Below are positions 28,203 to 38,696 of a stretch of DNA of 64,000 nucleotides, in pieces. The position numbers and the translations under genes are program-made. The stretch spans positions 20,851 through 84,850 of the forward strand of contig JABIPA010000063.1 in the NCBI GenBank assembly GCA_018698675.1, written 5' to 3'. The DNA comes from a bacterium (GTDB taxonomy: Bacteria; Margulisbacteria; Marinamargulisbacteria; JABIPA01). Positions within the stretch are counted from its first letter, which is position 1. Every line of letters begins with the position of its first letter. The notes under the pieces are model-generated. The model had not been told where the DNA came from. It saw only the letters and a program-made list of their open reading frames with translations, and did not search any database.

Positions 28203-28904
28203 GTGAAAAGTCAATTAAAATATAGCAGTAAAAAAATAGGCGTGGTTATTACATGTGCTGGCACGGGTAGTAGATATGATTCAAAAGAGTTAAAGCAATT
28301 AGTTCTTGTAAATGGTATGTCTATTTTGGAACACACGTGTAGATGTTTTTTACCTTTTGAAAAATTCATATCTGAAATAGTTTTGACGGTTCCTAGTTCA
28401 AAAAAAAGTGAAATTAAAAAACATGTAGAGGACGTAGAGTTTCCCTTTAAGGTTAATGTCGTTGTGGGCGGAGTTAGTAGGGCTGAATCTGTGAAAATTG
28501 GATTCGAAGAATTGGGATCCGTCGATATTGTATTGATACATGATGGCGTTCGACCAAATGTAAGTAAATCGTTAATTGAACGCCTTTTAGATTCTCTCGA
28601 AACAAATGATGCCGTTGTTCCCGCAATAAAAGTGTCAGACACTCTTAAAACAATCAATAAAGGAATAATTTCTGGTTCTGTTGATAGAGATAATGTAATG
28701 GCGATTCAGACGCCACAGGGATTTAAATATTCTTTAATAAAGAAAGCATATCGCTCTTCGTTTAGTGATCAGGCAACCGACGAGTCGTCATTGGTTCAAA
28801 AATTAGGAGAGCCCGTACACACGATTCTAGGTGAAGCAAATAATATAAAAATTACGACAAAATTCGATTTATCTTTGTTTAAGCTATTTTTGGAGTCGTT
28901 TTAG
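28203..28904 (+). CDS. ispD: 2-C-methyl-D-erythritol 4-phosphate cytidylyltransferase
   Basis: VVITCAGTGSRY, KQLVLVNGMSILEHT, VLIHDGVRPNVS, AIQTPQGFKY and NIKITTKFDL. GTG start. Confidence 0.85.
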   Translation: MKSQLKYSSKKIGVVITCAGTGSRYDSKELKQLVLVNGMSILEHTCRCFLPFEKFISEIVLTVPSSKKSEIKKHVEDVEFPFKVNVVVGGVSRAESVKIGFEELGSVDIVLIHDGVRPNVSKSLIERLLDSLETNDAVVPAIKVSDTLKTINKGIISGSVDRDNVMAIQTPQGFKYSLIKKAYRSSFSDQATDESSLVQKLGEPVHTILGEANNIKITTKFDLSLFKLFLESF

Positions 28905-30237
28905 AATTCCGTTTATAAATTCCCTCTAATCCAGCCTGTAGCCTATATTTTGCAACGGATCGTCTTGCTACATCTAGTCCATGAAGACTTAAATGCGATT
29001 GAATACGTTCGTCAGTGAGGGTTGAATCAGTTTTAACTAGTTTCGAGATAATAGATTGAATTTGAACTGCCGTATAGCCTTTGTGACCTCGTGGACAGAG
29101 CTGTTTTAAAGAAAATGTTCCATGAGGGGTTTCAACATATTTGGATGTTAGGATTCTAGAAATAGTTGATGGGGAGAGGTTTAATTCTCTAGATAGAGAC
29201 TTTTGAAGTAGAGGCTTCATATATTCGATTCCATTTTTCAAAAAATCATGTTGATGGTTCGCTAATGTTTGAGTCATCGATTCTAAATTTTTTCGTCTGT
29301 TTTCTATGTTTTCTAAAAATGATGTGGCTCGATCAAGTTTTTGTTTTAGAAATTCTTGGGTGTCTGAATCCAAATCAGGGTTTTCTAACATTTTTTGATA
29401 AGTTGGAGAGAGTCCCAATTGAAATCCTTTTTTTTCTTCATAATTTATTATTTTGATTTTGCTGTTTTCGAGTTCAAACGAAAAAGAAGGTATAACTACT
29501 TTCTCGACAGGTTCGTTTGAGAATTTTGAACCAGGAACAGGATTTAATGTCTGAATAAATTGAATGATATTTGGAATTCCCTCTGAAGGAATAGATAGTC
29601 CTTTTTCTATTGCTTTTAAATTATTGTCGGCGATATCTTCTAAATGATTTTGAATCGTTTTTTTTAGGATAGACTCGAGTTGAGGGTTTTCGAAGTTTTT
29701 TTGGTGCAGCTGAATTAACAAACATTCTTTTAAGTCTCGAGCTCCAACGCCCTCTGGTTCAAATGTGTGTATGGTTTTCAAAATATCAAATATTTTTCGT
29801 CCTTGGACCTTATGTTTTTTTTGAATATCGATTTTAAGTTCATTGTAATTAGAAATGTAACCACGTGAGTCTATTGAATCGATAAGTTCCATGGCAATTT
29901 TCGATTCTTTATCTTTAAAATTTTCTAAATTTAGTTGATTTAACAAATATTCATTTAATGAAACTTTGGATGAGTGACTAATAAAATTTTCAAAATCTGC
30001 TGTGTTTTCGGAACCAGCCGAAAAAGAAGAGCTTTGTTTAGACAACCCATCAAATTTTGTAAACTCAAGAAAAACGTTTTCATGGACTTCTAATTTTGCG
30101 GATTCTAAAAGATCGTTGTAAGGAAGTTGAAATGTTTTTAGCATTTGTATTATTTTGGGGGTAAGCGTTTGTTTAAGTTTCAAAGATTGTTTCAATGCAG
30201 GACGTTGTTGCAGGTTCATATACCAAGGATACCACAT
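28879..30237 (-). CDS. rpoN: RNA polymerase sigma-54 factor
   Basis: N-terminal LKQSLKLKQTLTPKIIQMLKTFQLP (region I), a core-binding region, an HTH, and the RpoN box as ARRSVAKYR. Its 3' end overlaps ispD by 26 nt in convergent orientation. Confidence 0.9.
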   Translation of the reverse strand: MWYPWYMNLQQRPALKQSLKLKQTLTPKIIQMLKTFQLPYNDLLESAKLEVHENVFLEFTKFDGLSKQSSSFSAGSENTADFENFISHSSKVSLNEYLLNQLNLENFKDKESKIAMELIDSIDSRGYISNYNELKIDIQKKHKVQGRKIFDILKTIHTFEPEGVGARDLKECLLIQLHQKNFENPQLESILKKTIQNHLEDIADNNLKAIEKGLSIPSEGIPNIIQFIQTLNPVPGSKFSNEPVEKVVIPSFSFELENSKIKIINYEEKKGFQLGLSPTYQKMLENPDLDSDTQEFLKQKLDRATSFLENIENRRKNLESMTQTLANHQHDFLKNGIEYMKPLLQKSLSRELNLSPSTISRILTSKYVETPHGTFSLKQLCPRGHKGYTAVQIQSIISKLVKTDSTLTDERIQSHLSLHGLDVARRSVAKYRLQAGLEGIYKRNSKTTPKIA

Positions 30238-30381
30238 AGAACAACTGCTATAGAGAATAGAACGACCTATAGGTATTATGTAAAAAAGGATGACAGAGGA
30301 CGTTTTTAGTTGGGGAGTTAGGGAGAACCAATTTTGCTAGATGTAAATAACTGAAGCGTAACTTTTTAGGGAGTCCTAATA

Positions 30382-31395
30382 TTAAATAGAAAGTCCTGAG
30401 TTCACACTTCCGAGATTTGCTGCAGAGTAGTTGGAAAGCACAGGGTTCTCGTCTAATTTAAATCTGTGGTAAGCCGCAAGCCCTATCATCGCCGCATTAT
30501 CGGTACAGTTAATTTTAGACGGAACAAAACAATTGTAACCTAAAGGAGTTAACTCCTTATTTAAAAAATGATTTAGTGCTTGATTTGCCGCAACTCCACC
30601 GGTAATGACACAATTGGAAATGCCAAAATCATTACATGCTTTTTTAATCTTTTTTGATAGGACACTAAAGACTGCGTGTTGAAAACTTGCGCATATATTT
30701 TCGACATTTAAGGTATTATTTTTTCTTTCACGGTCTATAGTTTGTATTACGGCTGTTTTCAATCCGCTAAAGCTAAACTCATAGCCTTGATGCAACATGG
30801 GTTGCGGAAAAGAATGAGATAAAGGGTCTCCATCAAGGGCGAGTTTTTCGACAATGGGGCCGCCTGGATATCCTAATTCCATATATCTGGCTATTTTATC
30901 AAAGGCTTCTCCTGCAGCGTCATCTCGTGTTTGGCCAATTAATTCGAATTGATAATGATTTCGAGCGACGACAAGTTGAGTATGTCCTCCAGAAACAATT
31001 AAACACATAAAAGGGAATGTTAAAGATGGGTTATCTAAAAAAGCAGCATATAAATGTCCGTGGAGATGGTTAACACCGATAACGGGACAGTCTAATAATG
31101 TTGAAAGAGATTTAGCAGCTGTTTGCCCAATCAAAAGAGCGCCTTCTAAGCCGGGCCCTTTTGTAACACCGATAAGATTTATATCTTGAAAGCAAAGTTC
31201 AGCTTTTTTTAAGCACTTTTCGATTAAAAAATGAATGGATTCCGTATGAAGTCTAGATGCAAGTTCTGGAACAACGCCACCAAATTTTTTATGTTTGTTA
31301 ATTTGAGTTATGAGTTCAGAAGAAACGACAGATGTATCTTTTAAAAGAGCAATTCCCGTTTCGTCACAAGAAGATTCTATGGATAAAATATTCAC
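30382..31395 (-). CDS. tsaD: tRNA N6-adenosine threonylcarbamoyltransferase TsaD
   Basis: ILSIESSCDETGIALL, VNHLHGHLY, LIVSGGHTQL, DDAAGEAFDKIAR and GYPGGP. Start set at GTG 31395 by homology to the usual M..ILGIETSCDET N-terminus. The track ORF extends to a TTG at 31431. Confidence 0.88.
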   Translation of the reverse strand: MNILSIESSCDETGIALLKDTSVVSSELITQINKHKKFGGVVPELASRLHTESIHFLIEKCLKKAELCFQDINLIGVTKGPGLEGALLIGQTAAKSLSTLLDCPVIGVNHLHGHLYAAFLDNPSLTFPFMCLIVSGGHTQLVVARNHYQFELIGQTRDDAAGEAFDKIARYMELGYPGGPIVEKLALDGDPLSHSFPQPMLHQGYEFSFSGLKTAVIQTIDRERKNNTLNVENICASFQHAVFSVLSKKIKKACNDFGISNCVITGGVAANQALNHFLNKELTPLGYNCFVPSKINCTDNAAMIGLAAYHRFKLDENPVLSNYSAANLGSVNSGLSI

Positions 31396-31803
31396 AATAT
31401 AGATTTTAAAAAAAACGTTGAGATAAGACAAGAATCTAAAAAGTAGAAATACAATAAACTACATATTTTGAATGTTTAAAATATGTATAAATTGGGAATG
31501 AATATATGTTAATCATTCATTTAATTAATAAACGTTGAAATATTGACATGTGTTGGAATAAAATAAATATAAGTTTTCAAAAAAGAATGACGATTTAGTC
31601 TACATATACAGCACACAATTTTTAGAACGGATTTATAATATTTTTTTGTTTTGACGATTGGAGACTATTTCTTTGCCATGTTACTCATAAAGCTAACATT
31701 GGAAAAAAGTAGTTTCTTATACTCGCGAAAGGAGAAACGGAATAACTAATTTGCTATCTAGAATCGAAACAAAATATTTTTAAAATTAAAAAAGGGAGAA
31801 AAT

Positions 31804-34800
31804 ATGTTTAAAATATTCAAAAGTTGGCGATGGTTGTCAGTCGCTCTATCAATAGGGTTGATAGTTAGTCTTACAGGCTGCGCCAAATTACAAGAAGCGT
31901 TAAATCAAGTTATTACCGATTATGAATCAAGTCAGGGAACTGAAGTTGTAGAAACTACCGTTGATGTTGAAATCACGGGTTCTGTGACGGCCCAAAACTC
32001 TGAAGGTTTAACTGCACCGGTTAACCAAGCTTCCGTAGTTGTTTCTTATGACAACGGAAATTACGAGAATTTTGGCTATACAGGAACTGACGGAAATTTC
32101 TCTGTTTATGGCGAATCTCTTGAGAATGTTGATGAAATTCAAGTATCTGTATCTAAATCCGGATATGAATCTGGGTCATCAACTGTTTTAAGAGTTGGAG
32201 ACGATTATGACGGAGATGACACTCGTATTCGTATAGGAAATACAACTCTTTCTAGAGACAGTGGTACTGCATTAGGTGGTACGATTTATGGAACTGTTGA
32301 ATTTAGATTTAAAGGTGTTCCAGGAGCAATCGTTTCAATTAATGATTCATCCGGAGCAAATGTATCTGAAGTAAAAACTAATGCGAATGGTGAATATGTA
32401 TATTCAGGATTAACATTAGGTACGTCTTCAGCTCCTAGTGTGTATTCTTTAACAGTAAGTAAAAAAGATGATTCTGGAACGGAATTGTTTGTTCAAACGA
32501 CCCAATCCGTATCTTTATCAACGCCTTCTTATATTGATGTAAAACAAAACTTTGTGTTGGAGCCAACTGGAGATTTTGCAGATGATTTCGAAAATACGGA
32601 CTATGGAATCGTTTATGCACAATTGGTTCCTTCTGATGAAGGAAACGATAATCATGACGATGGCCAAGGAAACTCAAGTTCCGACAAAAATGAATTTGAA
32701 TTACCGAGCTTTGTCGTAGAAGCTAAAGCCACTTTAATTGAATTTAAAGGGAAAGATAGTGACGGTTATGCGACGATTCCAGTTTCGGAACAACCAGAAA
32801 CGTTAATTGATAGGCATACAGGTCAAATTATTTTTCCTAACGTTCAAGAAGGCGAATATGTAATGCGAGTCCAATTTGGTGTTGAAGGGGCCGCATTAGA
32901 CTCTACAGAAACGGTTTATGACTCATACGAATATGTTGTTCATACCTTTCCTATGGAAAATTTAACAGTGCTTCCAGATCCTGAACTTGTTTATATTACA
33001 AAGGACCAATTCGGAGAAATTTCTGAGGCGTTTGATCATATAGACAGCAATAATATTTGGATTGAGAACGAAGTAAGAATTAATGCCGGAGGATGGGATT
33101 CGCCTGCAAGTTATTCAAAACTATCGTTTGAAAAAGATGGAATAACATTTGAAACATTTGCAAATAAAGATGGTTGGTTCGGTTTAGACCTTCCAGAAAG
33201 TGGCGATTATGTTTTTAAAGTATATTTAAAAAATGAAAATGGTTCGTTAGAAGCTAATCCTTCAATTGAAGAAAGCGTATATATTCAGGGACCAGATAAT
33301 AGTCAGAATAGCGATGGCAACTATTACAACTCATGGGAATGGTGGTCACAAAACGGACATGACTGGATAGTTATGATTTATAAAGACCTCGATTCTGGTG
33401 ATTTGGCCAGTGTACCTATGGGTAAAATTCAAGGAAACTTGAGACTTAGTGGTCAGGACTATAACGATCTTTATTCTGAATCGATTGAACTTGAAATATA
33501 TTTCGTAAATGATAATTCAGTTAGCTATACAGTAACAACAAGTACCGGCGAATTTTCGGTTGATGTGGCTATGTTAAATGGTGGATACCGAATTAAAGTT
33601 TTAAACAGTGATTCTGTTACGGTTGCAAACGAGTGGGATGAGTATTGGCCTCAAGATCAGTATTCTGGTGGTTACAATAATTCAATGGACGTTTGGCTAA
33701 GAACGCAAGGTCTAACGCTAGAATCAAAAATTTACGCTAAAGTTGGAAATGATGATATTGGAGTTGGTGGCGCTACTGTCACTTTAAGTAAAGTAGAAGA
33801 CGGCGTTAAAACATTTGTTGCAGATACAGTGACATATGACGGAAATAAAGCAGAGCAACATGGTGAATTTACTTTAGTATTTCCAGAGGACGAAGGCGAT
33901 TTTGAACTTGTAATATCAGGAGATGATATTAAAACGAAAACACTTATTGCCTGGATTGAAAATGATCCAAACTCTGGTGATGATTATAATTGGCATTCAT
34001 ATGACAGTAACTTAAAAGGCTATACAACTTGGAATGGTATTAAAGTTAAAGCTACGAGTTACTTGGGTTCGTACTTTCCAGTAGTTAAAGGAAAAGTAGG
34101 TACAGACGAAGTTAATATGGATAATGTCAAAAACGCTCAAGTTACTATATCTTTTGTTGGAACAGATTTATCTGCTTCAGGAACTACAGATAGCGAAGGT
34201 AATTTTGAAATAGAAAATGTACCTGCTTTTGATGGTGAAATGAATTTAACAGTAACAAAGGGATCTGACACTGGAAAAACGGATTGGACATTCCGATATG
34301 ACTGGAATGACGTAAATGCGATTAAGACGGACCCTTTAAATTTTGATGATGATGTTTATGTTCCGTGGGGAAATACATCAGAAACACTATGGGTTCAGTA
34401 TGACGGATTTGAGTTGAATGAAATGTTTGTTGAAATGAATTTTAATAACAATTCTTACGGGGTTGAGGGAGCCATACTAATTGTTTCTGACGAAAATGAT
34501 GAAGAAGTTAGTGTTTCCAGAGACTCTAAGGAAGATGGGCGAATTCAAGGTGTCTATATTCCGAAAGATGGAACATACGAAGCTAGTATTATGATGGCAG
34601 GGTTTGTTACTCAAACATTTGATAACCAACAATTGAGCAAACAAGATTGGGATAATCATGGATGGACGGCAGGACAAAGGTTTACTCTCAAAGTAGATGA
34701 TATCTCGAATGAAGAGTTAGTTTCTATTCTTCCGAATGTTGAAGTTTATGGAAAAGTCGAATTTGACGGAATTTCTCTACCCGGTGTAGAAGTCGTATTT

Positions 34801-36249
34801 ACTCCTTCAAATGAAGACGACTTTAGGTTTGTAGCCGTTACCGATGAAGATGGTGATTATTCCATTAATATTCCTCAAGTTGGTGAATATACAATTACGA
34901 TTGATTCAGAAGGCTTTGTTGAAGAAGTAAGAAATGAATGGTTTGATAGCCATAACGGTAATTCAAAAGAAATTGATTTTGATATGAAGGTTCCTGGAGA
35001 TACAGGAAGTATGTATGTTCAGTCCTTTAAAGTTGGATTTTTAGGTACTAAAGAAGTGGGTGATACTGCTGATGAAGGTGTTTATGTGTCAGCTACCATT
35101 GAAGAATGGAATGGGTCCAATAATGTTGCCTTTGACGGAGAAGAAGGAGTAAGGGTTGTTTTAGTTGACGCTGAAAACCCTGAAACGGAACTTATTGAAC
35201 TTACTCATTCGGGATTTGGAGTTTGGTCTGCAGGTACTATGGTTGTTGAAGGGCGAACTGTGATTGAAACGTCTGTATTCGACGGTGTTGAAGATATGCA
35301 ACTAGTTATTCAATCTGAGACATCTACAAGTGCGGGTGATTTCACACATATAATTTTCCCAAATCAGGGAGATACATGGCAACTTTCTCAATCAGAGAGA
35401 GAAGTTCCATCTGTAGGTAGTTATGTATATCTTGATGAATTGGATTTAGATATTGTTAAAAACCAAAATGGCATTGCACGACTTAAGGTTAGTTTTCAAA
35501 ATTTCTGGTTGAACCAAGGGATTGATGGACTTTATGAAATTAGATTCACTTTGGATTCAAATACAAGCGGCACTCCAGATTTTCATGTTCAAGAATGGGT
35601 TAACGCTGATTCGAACTCTGGTTCGATTTATGAATTAAGTGTTGAACCGTGGATGTGGGCAGGTAATGATAGCTTGGAAAACATATATCCAAACGGACTT
35701 CCAGCGGGAGATTGGAAAGTCGAAGTAACCTTGTCTAAAGATAGTTCTGTGAAAGTAACGACTTATGATTCAATTGTGGTTGATGATGTAATGCCTTGGT
35801 ATGAGGAATATGATGGAAATACAACAATTGATGACTTTGGAGCGGTTCCTCATGAAGCGACTGACCCAGATGATGAAGTATCTCCACAAGTTTTTCTTTT
35901 TCCGGCAGATTTTCCAATGGATGAAGATGGGAATCCAAGTCAGTTATCAGAAGATTTAGCGAACTATACGACTCTATTGGGAAGATTAGAGGTTGAATCT
36001 AAAGAAGCTTTATCTGTTCCAGAGGCTATGGAAGCAAGAGATGCTGAGTCTAAAGAAGTGTTAACTGAAATTTATCCGGTTCAATCGGATGATAGTCCAA
36101 CGTTAGTAATGTTAATGTTGCCAAACGATTTTGATGGAGAGATGGACTCCGATACAATTGGAGAAGCAGTAAACGGAACCCATGTAATGATTGATTTAGG
36201 TGGCGGCATCGTTACTTTCCATGTTCTTGATAATTCGAGCATAGATTAA
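31804..36249 (+). CDS. large acidic surface lipoprotein with repeated carboxypeptidase-regulatory-like (CarboxypepD_reg/Ig-like) domains
   Basis: Lipobox LIVSLTGC and an AAGGGAGA SD. At least 5 copies of the pattern G.V.....pgA.V........T...G.F.......g.Y...v...G, for example TGTDGNFSVYG, TNANGEYVYSGL, EQHGEFTLVFP, TDSEGNFEIENVP and TDEDGDYSINIPQ. Confidence 0.75.
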   Translation: MFKIFKSWRWLSVALSIGLIVSLTGCAKLQEALNQVITDYESSQGTEVVETTVDVEITGSVTAQNSEGLTAPVNQASVVVSYDNGNYENFGYTGTDGNFSVYGESLENVDEIQVSVSKSGYESGSSTVLRVGDDYDGDDTRIRIGNTTLSRDSGTALGGTIYGTVEFRFKGVPGAIVSINDSSGANVSEVKTNANGEYVYSGLTLGTSSAPSVYSLTVSKKDDSGTELFVQTTQSVSLSTPSYIDVKQNFVLEPTGDFADDFENTDYGIVYAQLVPSDEGNDNHDDGQGNSSSDKNEFELPSFVVEAKATLIEFKGKDSDGYATIPVSEQPETLIDRHTGQIIFPNVQEGEYVMRVQFGVEGAALDSTETVYDSYEYVVHTFPMENLTVLPDPELVYITKDQFGEISEAFDHIDSNNIWIENEVRINAGGWDSPASYSKLSFEKDGITFETFANKDGWFGLDLPESGDYVFKVYLKNENGSLEANPSIEESVYIQGPDNSQNSDGNYYNSWEWWSQNGHDWIVMIYKDLDSGDLASVPMGKIQGNLRLSGQDYNDLYSESIELEIYFVNDNSVSYTVTTSTGEFSVDVAMLNGGYRIKVLNSDSVTVANEWDEYWPQDQYSGGYNNSMDVWLRTQGLTLESKIYAKVGNDDIGVGGATVTLSKVEDGVKTFVADTVTYDGNKAEQHGEFTLVFPEDEGDFELVISGDDIKTKTLIAWIENDPNSGDDYNWHSYDSNLKGYTTWNGIKVKATSYLGSYFPVVKGKVGTDEVNMDNVKNAQVTISFVGTDLSASGTTDSEGNFEIENVPAFDGEMNLTVTKGSDTGKTDWTFRYDWNDVNAIKTDPLNFDDDVYVPWGNTSETLWVQYDGFELNEMFVEMNFNNNSYGVEGAILIVSDENDEEVSVSRDSKEDGRIQGVYIPKDGTYEASIMMAGFVTQTFDNQQLSKQDWDNHGWTAGQRFTLKVDDISNEELVSILPNVEVYGKVEFDGISLPGVEVVFTPSNEDDFRFVAVTDEDGDYSINIPQVGEYTITIDSEGFVEEVRNEWFDSHNGNSKEIDFDMKVPGDTGSMYVQSFKVGFLGTKEVGDTADEGVYVSATIEEWNGSNNVAFDGEEGVRVVLVDAENPETELIELTHSGFGVWSAGTMVVEGRTVIETSVFDGVEDMQLVIQSETSTSAGDFTHIIFPNQGDTWQLSQSEREVPSVGSYVYLDELDLDIVKNQNGIARLKVSFQNFWLNQGIDGLYEIRFTLDSNTSGTPDFHVQEWVNADSNSGSIYELSVEPWMWAGNDSLENIYPNGLPAGDWKVEVTLSKDSSVKVTTYDSIVVDDVMPWYEEYDGNTTIDDFGAVPHEATDPDDEVSPQVFLFPADFPMDEDGNPSQLSEDLANYTTLLGRLEVESKEALSVPEAMEARDAESKEVLTEIYPVQSDDSPTLVMLMLPNDFDGEMDSDTIGEAVNGTHVMIDLGGGIVTFHVLDNSSID

Positions 36250-36323
36250 TAGGTACTTCTAAATAGTGGCCCGAAAATATAAAAAATTGTTATAAGAAGT
36301 TTTTTAGCAATTTGAATCGAAAA

Positions 36324-36357
36324 AGCCCTCACTTTAAAATGTGAGGGCTTTTTTTTT
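36324..36357 (+). terminator. rho-independent terminator
   Basis: Perfect 9-bp GC-containing stem AGCCCTCAC / GTGAGGGCT, an 8-nt loop, then a run of 8 T. Lies 75 nt downstream of the lipoprotein stop. Confidence 0.85.
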
Positions 36358-36623
36358 GCGAAAAAAATAAATGTATTTTAATTAAAAGAAGGGACTTTTA
36401 TTAGAGAGTCTCAATACTTTTAAAATTCTATTTAGAGGAATTTATTTTTTCTAACTTAAAACAAACGAGTTTGAATATTATATATTTAAAAACATAAAAA
36501 CTTTAAGGCTAGTTTTTACTGAATAAGTTAAGTCTTCGTTACGTAAATTTATCGTTTAATTAACGTCGTCTAAGTCGAGTTATTGGATTGGTAATATTAT
36601 TAAAGTTATTTTGTTGTTAACTT

Positions 36624-36956
36624 TTAAAATAAAGTCGGTTGATTTATAAGTAATTTACGTTGAATTACTAGTTCAATATTTTTTGCGGGATAGTTTTTTA
36701 TTAATACAGTTTTCTGACTAGATGTGTGTCCTTTTACCACATCCGGACGAGAAGATTCTAAGTCTAGAATCGAGCTCAAAAATTTACAAAGCTCTTTATT
36801 CGCCTTATTTTTTTCTGGTACTGCTGCAATTTTAAGTTTAAGACGATCTCCTAATATCCCAACAACTTCATTTTGTTTGGAATGAGGAACTATTTTTAAA
36901 TAGAGGAGACAATCTTTTTTGGAAGCCTTTAAATAAGAAGGTAATAAGTCAGACAC
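36624..36956 (-). CDS. DUF167 (YggU) family protein
   Basis: LKIVPHSKQNEVVG...LKLKIAAVPEKNKANKELCKFLSSIL is typical of DUF167. Last gene of the proC-yggT cluster. Confidence 0.75.
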   Translation of the reverse strand: MSDLLPSYLKASKKDCLLYLKIVPHSKQNEVVGILGDRLKLKIAAVPEKNKANKELCKFLSSILDLESSRPDVVKGHTSSQKTVLIKNYPAKNIELVIQRKLLINQPTLF

Positions 36957-36966
36957 TTTTTTTAAT

Positions 36967-37230
36967 CTAAAAAAGAATAAATATAGTAAATCTTTCTAAA
37001 ACATAAAGTGCCATAAATGCAAAAATTATACTGACATCGAAACCACCAAGTTTTTCTGGAGGAATTAAGTCTTGGAAAGGTTTAAGAATAGGGTCTGTTA
37101 TTTTGTATAACATATCTATAATTTGATTATAACGATCATGAGGAATCCAAGATATGATAATTCTTGCCCATAGAGCAAAATAAACAAATTTGAAAATAGC
37201 ATGCATAAGTTGATAAAGAAGTACGTTCAT
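36967..37230 (-). CDS. YggT family membrane protein
   Basis: 87 aa with two TM helices. WARIIISWIP...ITDPILKPFQDLIPPEKLGGFDVS matches the YggT signature. Confidence 0.8.
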   Translation of the reverse strand: MNVLLYQLMHAIFKFVYFALWARIIISWIPHDRYNQIIDMLYKITDPILKPFQDLIPPEKLGGFDVSIIFAFMALYVLERFTIFILF

Positions 37231-37233
37231 TAG

Positions 37234-38061
37234 TTAGGTTCCTTTAGTTTTTAATTCAATAGACCTGTCATAGGCCCCTTCAATGGTTTTTTGAATACCG
37301 CTACTTGTGTTGGCGTTGGTGTAAGCGTTTAAGCCTGCTAGCGTTGTTCCTCCGGGTGACGTAACTTGGTTAATTAATTGAATAGGATCAGCTGGTTCGT
37401 TAGGATTGGCAAGATTTCCCGAAAGAAGCATTTCGGCGGCACCTTTCATAGTTTGAGCAGCTAGTCGTATGGCCGTTGGTTTGTTAAGTCCTTTTTTTAT
37501 ACCCATTTCAACAATGTCTTGGCAAATCTTGTAAAAGTAAGCGGGACCACTGCCACTTATTGCTGTAACGATATCTATTAGCTCTTCAGGAAGGACTTCG
37601 ACCTTACCAAAAGATTCGAAAACGGTTTCAATAAATTTTGATTTTTCTGGATGGACCAAATGTTCGGTACATAAAACCGACATTCCTTCATTTACCATGG
37701 CAGGCGTATTAGGCATGATTCGGATAATATCAATTGCGCCAAGTCCATTTTTAAAGGTTGAAATAGGAATTCCAGCCAAAATTGAAACAAAGCAGGTGTT
37801 ATTTAGTGAATCAGAGTGTCTAATTTGTTCAATTAAATCAGCAATGTTTTGAGGTTTCACGCAGACAAAAACATAATCGCAACGGTCAATCATTGGCATT
37901 ATTTCTAAAGTGGATAGTTTGAATTTTGATTTAACAAAATCTGTATTTTCTTTATTCACATCATAAAAGAAAGCGTCCTTAGATGTGAGAAGTTTAGAAG
38001 CTACTATCCCTAACCATATTGCTTGAGCCATTTTTCCGAAGCCGATAAATCCTATTTTCAT
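37234..38061 (-). CDS. proC: pyrroline-5-carboxylate reductase
   Basis: MKIGFIGFGKMAQAI (Rossmann fold), RIMPNTPAMVNEGMSV, SGSGPAYFY and VTSPGGTTLAGL. Confidence 0.88.
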   Translation of the reverse strand: MKIGFIGFGKMAQAIWLGIVASKLLTSKDAFFYDVNKENTDFVKSKFKLSTLEIMPMIDRCDYVFVCVKPQNIADLIEQIRHSDSLNNTCFVSILAGIPISTFKNGLGAIDIIRIMPNTPAMVNEGMSVLCTEHLVHPEKSKFIETVFESFGKVEVLPEELIDIVTAISGSGPAYFYKICQDIVEMGIKKGLNKPTAIRLAAQTMKGAAEMLLSGNLANPNEPADPIQLINQVTSPGGTTLAGLNAYTNANTSSGIQKTIEGAYDRSIELKTKGT

Positions 38062-38071
38062 TTTTGTTCCT

Positions 38072-38572
38072 TTATATATTGAATTGTTTGAGTTGAGTTA
38101 AATTAAAAGATTGAGCCACTTTATTTTTAGGGAAAACAGAAAGCTGAGTATTATATAGAGAGACATGCTGGTTAAAAAGCATTGCTTCATCATTTATTCT
38201 CAAATTTAGTTTCAAAAATGTATCGTTGTTAAAGTTTGTTGTAGATGCAATTGTTTCGAGAAAAGAATGTAAGTTTTGATAAGAGACCGCGTATTCATTA
38301 AGCGTATTACTAATTGCTATTTGAGAATAAATCTCATGAAATTTTTTCATGTTTTCTAGTTTTTTATCTTCAGGAAGGTTTCTAATAATTTCTGGGAAAT
38401 AGGAGGCTTGATGTTTAATTTCAATTTCAAGTTGATTCCATGCAAAGTTACTCCCGTTTTCGAGGGTTCTAAAATCGTTCCGAATTGCATTCGTCCACAC
38501 GAAAAGTCCTAGAATGAGGCCTGCAATAATTGAAAACGTAGTCAGCAACTTATTTTTTTTTAATGTAGTCAT
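38072..38572 (-). CDS. LemA family protein
   Basis: N-terminal TM anchor. AWNQLEIEIKHQASYFPEIIRNL corresponds to the aW..idvqLkRR.dLiPNLv motif, and the C-terminal YNTQLSVFPKNKVAQSFNL to YN......fP.n.vA..fgf. Confidence 0.6.
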   Translation of the reverse strand: MTTLKKNKLLTTFSIIAGLILGLFVWTNAIRNDFRTLENGSNFAWNQLEIEIKHQASYFPEIIRNLPEDKKLENMKKFHEIYSQIAISNTLNEYAVSYQNLHSFLETIASTTNFNNDTFLKLNLRINDEAMLFNQHVSLYNTQLSVFPKNKVAQSFNLTQLKQFNI

Positions 38573-38696
38573 ATTAATTCTATTTTACTCTTCAACTCTT
38601 AATTTTTCCATCAAATTTTATCGATGTTTTATTTGTTTAGATATCAGGCATACCTTTAATTGTAACCAAGATTAACATAGTAAAGCGGAGGAAATT

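Noticed and set aside
31432-31803. Sigma-54 (GG-N10-GC) or sigma-70 (TTGACA-N17-TATAAT) promoters in the long intergenic regions (also 7305-7770 and 48076-48233)
   Set aside because: Only weak partial matches were found, for example TTGACA at ~31546 with a poor -10, and TGGAGA...TTTGCC with the wrong spacing. The organism's promoter consensus is unknown, so no promoter is reported.
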